This document shows, in pieces, positions 20,310 through 32,940 of a stretch of 64,000 nucleotides of DNA. The notes under the pieces are model-generated. The model did not search any database. It saw nothing but the letters and a program-made list of their open reading frames with translations, and was not told where the DNA came from. The stretch is from Candidatus Krumholzibacteriia bacterium (lineage in GTDB: Bacteria > Krumholzibacteriota > Krumholzibacteriia > LZORAL124-64-63), in the NCBI GenBank assembly GCA_046484865.1, contig JAWOID010000018.1, positions 77,631 to 141,630 of the forward strand, in the 5' to 3' direction. How positions within the stretch are numbered: position 1 is the stretch's first letter; the number at the start of each line of letters is the position of its first letter. A program made the translations under genes and the position numbers.

Positions 20310-23003
20310 TCAGCGGTGGAACACCCACCGCAGGCGGAGGTGGATCTCCCGCCCGAACTCCAGCGCGCCGGCACTCAGGCGCTGGCGCTGGTCGGTGACG
20401 TTCATGATCGCCATCGACAGATCGGTCCCGAGCAGGCGGAAGCCCGCCAGCACGTCGTGCTGGGTGAGCGCAGGCAGCGGAAACGGTTCGGCGAAGCTCC
20501 ACGGATCGCTCATCGGGCCGCGGTGGGCCAGTTGATAGGCGAGCTGCAGGATCCCGTCCTCGTCGAAGAAGTGGTTCTCCCACAGCACCTGCAGGCGCGC
20601 GTCGCGTTCGGGCGGCAGGCCGGCGGGACTGCCGGCGCTCACGTCGTATCTCCGCCAGGTGCCGGCCGCCCGCAGGCGCAGCCAGCCCGCGAACGGAAAC
20701 CCGCGCTGCGCGGAGACGGTGACGCTCCGGGCGGTCAGATCGACGTCGTTCCGCCACGTTCCCACCGGCTCGGCGGTCTCGGCGCCCTCCAGGAGGATCC
20801 AGCCGATCCCGTCTTCCAGGCGGCGCACCGCCGCCACTGCCGCAAGATCGATGCCCGTGACCCGTCGTTCCAGGCGCAGCGCGCCGCGCCAGGTGGTCTC
20901 GCGATCCAGGTCCGGTTCCGGGACCGTCAGGAGGTTCCGGCCGGGCACCGCGAACGCCCAGGGCGTCAACACCTCGTCACTCAGAGGGGCGCGACCGCCG
21001 CGCTCGAGCGACAGTTCCCACCAGCGCGCGCCCGCCGTCGTCTCGCCGGCCGCACCGACGTGCACCCAGGCCTCGGGTCCCCAGCCGCCGTGATCGGCCC
21101 ACAGCGCCGCGCCGCCGGTCCGCAGGTGCAGCCTGCCGGCCGTCAGTTCGGTCTGGAGGCCCGCCTGCAGTTCGGCGCCCCGCCCGTGCCGCCGTCCCGT
21201 GAACGGCTCGGCCCATTCCGCCTCGATCCCCGCGTCGTGCAGCCGCCAGCCGCTCACGTCCAGCCATGCCTGCCGCGGCGCTCCCGGCCGGCGGGCCAGT
21301 TCCACGTGCACCCTCTCCCGGGCGACCTCCAGCAGGCGGTCGCCACCGGTGAAGCGGAAGAGCAGGTCGCGGTCGAGCCACTGCCCGTAGGCGGTGAGCC
21401 AGCGGTCCCGGACGGGACCGCTCCAGGTGAGGGCCACCTGCCGGGCCCATACCTCCTTCTCGCGCAGGCCCCCCGCGCCGTAGGCCGGCAGACCCACGCG
21501 ATTCAGCCGCAGGTTCTCGAACCGGAGGGCGATCTCGGATCCGTCTTCCCGCAGGCGGCGCACGAACCCGCGGCCGGACCGGAACTTCGCCTCGCCCAGC
21601 CGTGAGGCCGACGCGCCGAGGCGCGCATCGCCCTCTGGCCGATAGTCGTAGCCGTCCTCGTCGATGAGTTCCTCGAACGCGAACCCGAAGCGCCAGGGCG
21701 CGGCCGCCGTCAGGATGTGCAGGTAGCGGAGATTCTGCTCGTGGTCGCCCTGGTCGAAGCGCGCATCGGTGACCGCGCCGCTCGGGTCGAGATCGAGCGT
21801 CTCGAGCCGGATGGCACCGGCGGTGCCGCCATACCCGTCCAGGCCCAGGTCGCTGCGTCCCGGCACGACGCCCGCCATGGTCACCGTCCAGGGGTCGTCG
21901 GCGAGCCGGTTGCCCACCAGTTGCGGCAATCCGTCGCGCAGGATCTGCGGCAACGGCGCGGTATCGCCCTCGCGCAGCAAGACCGCGGGCGCCCCCAGAG
22001 TGCCGTCGAGCACCGGCAGGAACGGCGTCTCCCAGCCGATCGCCGCCAGGAACGAACGATGGAACGGTTCCCAGAGGGGGCGTTCCCAGCCCCGGGCGAA
22101 CTGCGTGTCGCGGCGCCGCGACTCCCGGGCGCGCCGCGCCCGTTCAGCTTGTGCCAGGTCGGCCAGGTCGGCCACGTCGCCGCTCTCGCCGCTATCGACG
22201 GCCAAGGCGTCGTCTGCCGGCACATCGTCCCGGCCGTCTCGATCGAGGGTGTCAGCGACCGCTCCGGGGACGACGAGCGTGTCGGGGGCGAGCGTCCGGG
22301 CGAGCGTGTCCGCCCGCGCCGTCGCAGGCGGACGCAGGCTGTCCGGCGGCGCAGCGACCTCCTCCTCCTGCGCTGCGGCCGTACCCGGCGGCAGCGCCAG
22401 CATCAGCAGGAGCCCCGCCGCCGGCGGGCCGCCGCCGAGCGAGGCACGGGCCAGGGATCGCACCCGTACCGCCAGCCACGGGAACAGCGCCGCGAAGAGC
22501 GCCGCGTTCACCCCCACGTGGACGAGTGCAAAGGGGAGCCCTCCGGTCACGACGACCCACCACCGCAGGTCGAAGGCGACCACGGTCGCAGCATTGGTCA
22601 GCACGTCGTAGACGAGGGTGGCCCCGCCCCCGAGCGCCGCCGCGAACAGCGCCGATCGCAGGCGCCGGCCTCGCCGCACGCACGACGCGACGGCACCCGC
22701 GCCCAGACCGCCAAGCGCTCCCGCTGCCGCGAGACCGGCGGTCTGCGCGGCGAGCAGCGCCGGCACCGCCGCGCCCAGCGGGTTGGCCAGGGAGTGCACC
22801 GCCATCGCGAGGGCCCCGCAGAGAGCACCGCCGCCGGGCCCGAGGGCCGCCCCCGCGAGCGCCGTCAGCAGCGTCATCAGTTCCACGCTGGGAATGCCTC
22901 CGAGCAGAAATCCTGCACCCACGGTGGCACCCACGAACAGCCCCAGCAGAACCGCGGAACGGAGCGGGTCGGCATCCCGCACGGGTGGCTGGGCGAGCGA
23001 CAT
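20310..23003 (-). CDS. Fusion of ECF S-component-like domain and TonB-receptor/porin-like outer-membrane barrel
   Basis: First ~180 aa: multiple TM segments with IPSVELMTL..GAALGPGGG and ANPLG. Then an internal signal-like segment ending AAA|QEE, plug-like motifs (ILRDGLP, YGGTAGAIRLET) and amphipathic beta strands ending NVTD...GREIHLRLRWVFHR. No stop codon between the parts. Confidence 0.6.
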   Translation of the reverse strand: MSLAQPPVRDADPLRSAVLLGLFVGATVGAGFLLGGIPSVELMTLLTALAGAALGPGGGALCGALAMAVHSLANPLGAAVPALLAAQTAGLAAAGALGGLGAGAVASCVRRGRRLRSALFAAALGGGATLVYDVLTNAATVVAFDLRWWVVVTGGLPFALVHVGVNAALFAALFPWLAVRVRSLARASLGGGPPAAGLLLMLALPPGTAAAQEEEVAAPPDSLRPPATARADTLARTLAPDTLVVPGAVADTLDRDGRDDVPADDALAVDSGESGDVADLADLAQAERARRARESRRRDTQFARGWERPLWEPFHRSFLAAIGWETPFLPVLDGTLGAPAVLLREGDTAPLPQILRDGLPQLVGNRLADDPWTVTMAGVVPGRSDLGLDGYGGTAGAIRLETLDLDPSGAVTDARFDQGDHEQNLRYLHILTAAAPWRFGFAFEELIDEDGYDYRPEGDARLGASASRLGEAKFRSGRGFVRRLREDGSEIALRFENLRLNRVGLPAYGAGGLREKEVWARQVALTWSGPVRDRWLTAYGQWLDRDLLFRFTGGDRLLEVARERVHVELARRPGAPRQAWLDVSGWRLHDAGIEAEWAEPFTGRRHGRGAELQAGLQTELTAGRLHLRTGGAALWADHGGWGPEAWVHVGAAGETTAGARWWELSLERGGRAPLSDEVLTPWAFAVPGRNLLTVPEPDLDRETTWRGALRLERRVTGIDLAAVAAVRRLEDGIGWILLEGAETAEPVGTWRNDVDLTARSVTVSAQRGFPFAGWLRLRAAGTWRRYDVSAGSPAGLPPERDARLQVLWENHFFDEDGILQLAYQLAHRGPMSDPWSFAEPFPLPALTQHDVLAGFRLLGTDLSMAIMNVTDQRQRLSAGALEFGREIHLRLRWVFHR

Positions 23004-23009
23004 GGGCGG

Positions 23010-23038
23010 ATGGTAGGCTAACCTGCTCGGCCGAGCAA
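23010..23038 (-). promoter_or_regulatory. sigma70-type promoter, probably leaderless, with overlapping 14-bp palindrome
   Basis: TTGCTC-N17-TACCAT-N6-ATG and no SD sequence; TGCTCGGCCGAGCA (23024-23037) is a perfect palindrome over the -35 box. Confidence 0.55.
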
Positions 23039-23083
23039 GGTTCCGCAGGCGGGGCGCCGCAGGTGGGGCGGTCCGGGGGCGGG

Positions 23084-24856
23084 TCAGACGCTCAGCGCGT
23101 CGAGTCGCCGGGCGACATCCAGGAAGCTGCTCCGGATCCGCTGGACCTGTTCGAAGAGGTCGCGGGCGCGAGCGACGTCGCCCATCGCCTCGCAGGCGAG
23201 GCCCGCGTGATACATGATGCCGAGCCGCTCCTCCGGCCGTGCGGCCGGCAACTCGAGACCCCGCTCGAGCACCGACAGCGCCTCGGCCGCACGCTCGGCC
23301 CGGAGCAGAGCGATTCCCCACATCTCGTGGGCGCTCAGGGCCTGTTCGGTGCTCTCTGCGGCCGCGGCGAACGCATCGCAGGCCAGGTCGAACATGCCCA
23401 TCTCGAGGTAGACCAACCCCAGGTCATACGGGTTCTGATCGTCCGCGCCGCCCACGTGGTGTCCTATCTGCGCGGTGATCGTCGAGACCTGCTTCTCGTC
23501 CCCCCCGATGAACGCGCCATCCTCCTCGGCGAGGATCTGTGCGAGCAGGTCCACCGGACCGTCTCCATCCGGCGCGTCGGGGCGCGAACCCGCAGCCGGT
23601 TCCGTGACCACCGCCTCGGCGGCCACGCCACCTTCGAGGTCCGCCATCAGCTCGGAGAACCCCGCACCATCGTCGACCTCGATGGTGAAGCGCCCCTCGA
23701 GATCGCGAGCGACGACGTCTTCGCCGTCGTCCGGCGGCGGCAAGCCGTCCGCTGAAGCGTCTCCGGTCGGCGCAGCTTCCTTCGGCGCGGTATCGGCGGG
23801 CGCGTCGGCGGCCGGGGCGTCCTCGGCGGGCGAGCCAGCGGACGAGGCATCCTCGGCGGGTGAGCCGTCGCCCCCGTCAGCGGCCCCGGCTTCCTCGGCG
23901 ATCTCGCCGCCGGCACCGGCGGCGCCCGCGGCGCCCGCGGCGCCGATGTCGATGTCGCCGAAGTCGCGGTCGTGCGCGCGCGCGTCCGCCGGCGACGTGT
24001 CGTCCGTCGAGGCGGACGCGGCGGCGAAGGACGAGATCTCGATCTGTCCGTGCCTCGGTGGGTCCGCAGGCTCGTCGCGGTCGTCGCCGTCCTGGCCGGC
24101 CATCGTGGCGTCCCACGCGCCCTGGACCTCGGATCCGCCCCTGCCCGAGCTACCGGTTCGCCCCGGCTCGACACCGGCCGGCTCCCCCACGCCCGCGCGC
24201 GGATCGTCATCGCCGGTGTGCTTCTGCCAGTGGCCGAACTCCGCGTAGTTCACCAGCTCCGGCAATTCCTCCAGGAGCGACTCCACGACCGCGCGCGCGC
24301 TGTCCTCCTGGCCGGCGTCGAAGTGGATCCCGGCGAGCAGGAGCCGCACCCTCGCCTGTTCCATCTCCCGCTTGCGTACGCGGAAGACGCCGAGCAGGTG
24401 CTCGAGCACCGGCGCGCTGCGCGGGTAGAGCGACAGGAGTTGCTCGCAGCGCTTGTCGAAGATCTCACGCACGTCCCCGGTCTGGCTCTCGCTGCACTCG
24501 AGAAAGCGCAATGCGTGCCGCTCCCCCTCCACGGACAGCCCCTGCGACGAACGGATCTCCGCCAGGTACCAGTGTGCATTCACGTTGTCGGCATCGTGGC
24601 GGAGGATCTTCTTGTAGATCGCGACGGCATTGTTGAGGAGTCCCGTGCCGCGGTACTTGCTCGCGGCGTTCAGGAAGTGGCGGATGGCCCGCTGGGTCTC
24701 GCCGGTCTTCAGGGAGATGTCGCCCAGCTCGTTGATCAGGGTGGGATTGTTCTTGTCGGCCTCGACGAGCTTCTCGTAGATCGAGACCGCCTCCTCCCAG
24801 TTCCTGCGCTTGCCGGCCTGGTAGGCTTGCTGCTTGAGCTTGCTGAACTTCGACAA
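23084..24856 (-). CDS. TPR protein with acidic linker (SgmX/FimV-like)
   Basis: N-terminal TPRs, long Asp/Glu/Ala/Gly linker, C-terminal YDLGLVYLEMGM...YHAGLACEAMGD...FLDVARRL TPR block; no signal peptide. TTG start (24856 or 24871). Confidence 0.75.
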   Translation of the reverse strand: MSKFSKLKQQAYQAGKRRNWEEAVSIYEKLVEADKNNPTLINELGDISLKTGETQRAIRHFLNAASKYRGTGLLNNAVAIYKKILRHDADNVNAHWYLAEIRSSQGLSVEGERHALRFLECSESQTGDVREIFDKRCEQLLSLYPRSAPVLEHLLGVFRVRKREMEQARVRLLLAGIHFDAGQEDSARAVVESLLEELPELVNYAEFGHWQKHTGDDDPRAGVGEPAGVEPGRTGSSGRGGSEVQGAWDATMAGQDGDDRDEPADPPRHGQIEISSFAAASASTDDTSPADARAHDRDFGDIDIGAAGAAGAAGAGGEIAEEAGAADGGDGSPAEDASSAGSPAEDAPAADAPADTAPKEAAPTGDASADGLPPPDDGEDVVARDLEGRFTIEVDDGAGFSELMADLEGGVAAEAVVTEPAAGSRPDAPDGDGPVDLLAQILAEEDGAFIGGDEKQVSTITAQIGHHVGGADDQNPYDLGLVYLEMGMFDLACDAFAAAAESTEQALSAHEMWGIALLRAERAAEALSVLERGLELPAARPEERLGIMYHAGLACEAMGDVARARDLFEQVQRIRSSFLDVARRLDALSV

Positions 24857-25033
24857 GGGAGCCCCCCGCAACCGCGCTGCAAATCCCGTGCTACTCGCGA
24901 GTCGAGTTCTCGGTCAGGTGCCGCTGCCGTTAAGATCGCCGCCGGGGGCTGCCGGTTGAGCGGAATTTCCGCCGTTTCCTCTGCGATCGCCCAGGCGTCG
25001 CGCAGACAGGTGCCGAGGTGCCGGCGGCCGCCC

Positions 25034-26371
25034 TCAGGGCACCTGCGCACCCGCCCGGAAGACGGCCGCCAGGGGAGCATGGCCGCCGTGGTAGGGCAGC
25101 AGGCGGTGGTCGTCGCCCTCGAGCAGCAGGAAGTCGGCGCTGCGCCCGGGGGCCAGCGACCCCACCTCGCCGGCCAGTCCCAGTGCCCAGGCCGCGTTGA
25201 GGGTGGCGGCCACCAGAGCCTCGCCCGGAGTGAGCCGCATCTGCGTGCAGGCGATGGCGAGGATGGTCGCCATGGAGGGGATGGGACAGCTGCCGGGGTT
25301 GAAGTCGGTCGCCAGCGCCACGGCGGCGCCGTCGGCCACCAGTTCGCGGGCCGGCGCGTACCGCCCGAGCCCCAGGGTGAAGACCGTGCCCGGCAGCAGG
25401 ACCGCCACCGTGTCGCTACCGGCCAGGGCGCGCCGGCCGGCTGCGTCCACCTCGATCAGATGATCGGCGCTGCGGGCGCCCAGGCGCGCGGCCAGTTCCG
25501 CTCCGCCCAGCGCCTCCAGCTCGTCGGCGTGGACGCAGAGGTCCAGACCCAGTTCCGCCGCGCGGCCCAGGATGCGCTCCGTCTCGGCGAGATCGAAGAC
25601 CGACGGCTCGCAGAAGACGTCGCAGCGCGTGGCCAGACCCTCGGCCGCCACTCGCGGCAGCACCTGCTCGCAGACGAGATCCACGTAGGTCGCACGGCGG
25701 TCGCGATACTCCGACGGCAGCTCGTGGGCCGCCAGGCACGTGCGCACCGCCCGGATGCCCGCCCGTGCGGCGGCGCGTCCGGCCACCCGCAGCATCCTGA
25801 GCTCATCGGCCAGGTTGAGACCGTATCCGCTCTTGATCTCCACCGTGGTCGTGCCCAGCGAGAGCATCTGCCGCAGCCGCCGCCGGGCGAGTGCCTCGAG
25901 CTCGTCGTCTCCGCGCTCGCGCAGATCGCGGACGGAGGCGTGGATGCCGCCGCCGGCCGCGGCGATCTGCAGGTAGGTCTCGCCGCGGATGCGCCGCTCG
26001 TACTCGTCCTGACGCGTGCGGCCGAAGACGGCGTGGGTGTGGGGATCGACGAAGCCGGGCACGACCGCCCGGCCCGCGGCGTTCACCACCCGCGTGGCCG
26101 GATGGGGGTCGCGACCGCCGTAGAGGCCGCGCAGGACGTCCGCCTCGGGCCCGGCGGCGACCACCTTGCCGGCGGCCACCGCCAGCGCCGCTCCGGCCAC
26201 GGCGCCGACGTCGCCGAGCGCCTCGCCCCGGCGCGGACCCTGCCGGTCGCGTTCCGGATCATGGACCGTGCACAGCTGACCGATGCCGGTGACCAGCAGC
26301 TCGACGGCGGGGGGTTCGGGACGCGGCTCGAGGAACCGGGCGGTGCCGGCGTGGCGGGAGGCGGATGTCAT
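25034..26371 (-). CDS. hutI: Imidazolonepropionase
   Basis: PGFVDPHTH, YLQIAAAGGGI, GTTTVEIKSGYGL, HADEL, SADHL, ATDFNPGS. Confidence 0.96.
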   Translation of the reverse strand: MTSASRHAGTARFLEPRPEPPAVELLVTGIGQLCTVHDPERDRQGPRRGEALGDVGAVAGAALAVAAGKVVAAGPEADVLRGLYGGRDPHPATRVVNAAGRAVVPGFVDPHTHAVFGRTRQDEYERRIRGETYLQIAAAGGGIHASVRDLRERGDDELEALARRRLRQMLSLGTTTVEIKSGYGLNLADELRMLRVAGRAAARAGIRAVRTCLAAHELPSEYRDRRATYVDLVCEQVLPRVAAEGLATRCDVFCEPSVFDLAETERILGRAAELGLDLCVHADELEALGGAELAARLGARSADHLIEVDAAGRRALAGSDTVAVLLPGTVFTLGLGRYAPARELVADGAAVALATDFNPGSCPIPSMATILAIACTQMRLTPGEALVAATLNAAWALGLAGEVGSLAPGRSADFLLLEGDDHRLLPYHGGHAPLAAVFRAGAQVP

Positions 26372-26400
26372 CGCGAGTTCCTCCGGACCCGGCGCCTCGC

Positions 26401-28005
26401 TCAGGCGAGCCCGACGAGGGCGTCGGCCAGCTCGGGCGCCGGGGGTTCGTCGTGGACGAGTTCGGTCACGGCGGCGAGGTCCATCGTGAGCGGGCGGTCA
26501 CCGGGAGAGAGGTCGATGCGACGGCCGATCTGCCGGAGCGCGGCCGTCAGCGGCGGCGACACGCTCAGTGCGGTCCGCCCGCAGACCTCTGCCCAGCGCG
26601 GCTCCGTGATGAACTGCAGCGCCCGTGCCGCCGTGATCAACTCCAGCGCCACCACCGCCTCCACCCGCGCCAGAGCATCGCGCAGCTTCAGGGCCGACAC
26701 GCTGCCCATGCTCACGTGGTCTTCCTGGTTGTCGCTCGTGGGAATGGAGTCGGCGGCGGCCGGGAACGCCGAGGCGCGCGTCTCGCAGACCAGCGCCGCG
26801 GCCAGGTACTGGGCGATCATCAGCCCGGACTCGAGCCCGGGGTCGGCGGCGAGAAAACGCGGCAGTCGGCCGCCGTTACCCCCGAGCATGAGGTTGATCC
26901 GGCGCTCGGCCACGTCGCCGATCTCCGCCATCGCCACGTACAGCGCGTCGAGTTCGAGGGCGAGGATCTGGCCGTGGAAATGACCGCCGGTGACGGCTCT
27001 CCCTTCCTCGGGCAGCAGCACCGGGTTGTCGGTGACGGCATGCGCCTCCCGCAGGAACAGCTCCCGGGCGCGACGCAGCACGCCGAGACTCGGTCCGATG
27101 ATCTGCGGGCTGCAGCGTAGCGAGTAGGGGTCCTGGACGCGCGCGCAGTCGCGATGATTCTCGACCACCTCGCTGCCGGTGAGCAGGCCGCGCAGAGCGG
27201 CCGCCACGTCGGCGATCTCCCGGTGCGGCCGCAACTCGTGGTACCGCGAACCGAACGGCAGCACGCTCGCCTCCAGCGCTTCCACCGACAGCGCCGCCGC
27301 CGTCACCGCCCAGCGCAGCAGCCGCGTCCCCTGCTCCACCGCCCGCAGGCCGAGGGTGGTCATGAGCTGGGTGCCGTTGATCAGCGCGAGCCCCTCCTTG
27401 GCCTCCAGGGTCAGGGGTTCGCGTCCGCGCTCCCGGAGGACGTCGATGGCGGGTCGCGGCCGGCCGTCCGCAGCCAGCACGTGCCCCTCGCCCATCAGGA
27501 CCAGGCCGAGATGCGCCAGCGGGGCCAGGTCTCCGCTCGCCCCGACCGACCCGCGGCTCGGGACGAACGGATGGAGGTCGGCCTCCAGCAGCCACAGGAG
27601 CTGCTCGATCACCTCCGGGCGCGCCCCCGAGAAGCCCCCGGCCAGGCTGAGCGACCGCAGCAGGATCATGCCGCGCACCTCCGGCCGGGACAGGGGGGGG
27701 CCCCAGCCGACGGCGTGGCTGCGCAGGAGGTTGGTCTGGAGGCGCGACTGCTGTGCCGGCGGAATCACCGTGTCCGCCAGTCGGCCGAACCCCGTGTTCA
27801 CCCCGTAGATGCGCTCGTCGCCGGCGGCCAGCTCGCGCCGGAACGCCGCGCCCGCCTCCACCCTCCGCCTGGCCGACTCGCCCAGCCGGACGGACCTCGT
27901 GCCCGCCGTGATCGCCGTGAAGGCGGCCAGGTCGAGTCCGTCGCGCCCGATGACGAACGGATCGGCCGCCGGCGGCGGCGCAGTCGCTGACGAAGCGTCG
28001 GACAT
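26401..28005 (-). CDS. hutH: Histidine ammonia-lyase
   Basis: YGVNTGFG, GSVGASGDLAPLAH (MIO ASG), KEGLALINGT, QDPYSLRC, NQEDHVSMG. Confidence 0.95.
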   Translation of the reverse strand: MSDASSATAPPPAADPFVIGRDGLDLAAFTAITAGTRSVRLGESARRRVEAGAAFRRELAAGDERIYGVNTGFGRLADTVIPPAQQSRLQTNLLRSHAVGWGPPLSRPEVRGMILLRSLSLAGGFSGARPEVIEQLLWLLEADLHPFVPSRGSVGASGDLAPLAHLGLVLMGEGHVLAADGRPRPAIDVLRERGREPLTLEAKEGLALINGTQLMTTLGLRAVEQGTRLLRWAVTAAALSVEALEASVLPFGSRYHELRPHREIADVAAALRGLLTGSEVVENHRDCARVQDPYSLRCSPQIIGPSLGVLRRARELFLREAHAVTDNPVLLPEEGRAVTGGHFHGQILALELDALYVAMAEIGDVAERRINLMLGGNGGRLPRFLAADPGLESGLMIAQYLAAALVCETRASAFPAAADSIPTSDNQEDHVSMGSVSALKLRDALARVEAVVALELITAARALQFITEPRWAEVCGRTALSVSPPLTAALRQIGRRIDLSPGDRPLTMDLAAVTELVHDEPPAPELADALVGLA

Positions 28006-28042
28006 GGGCCCTCCCCCTCGCCTGCAGGGGTCGCGAATGGAG

Positions 28043-32940
<4,898 letters not shown>

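Noticed and set aside
23004..23083. Cobalamin or other vitamin riboswitch before the S-component fusion
   Set aside because: Only 80 bp of intergenic sequence, occupied by a leaderless-type promoter, with no riboswitch core motifs.
24878..24893. sigma54-like TAGCAC-N5-TTGCA upstream of the TPR gene
   Set aside because: It lacks the invariant GG and lies very close to the start codon, so it is not called.
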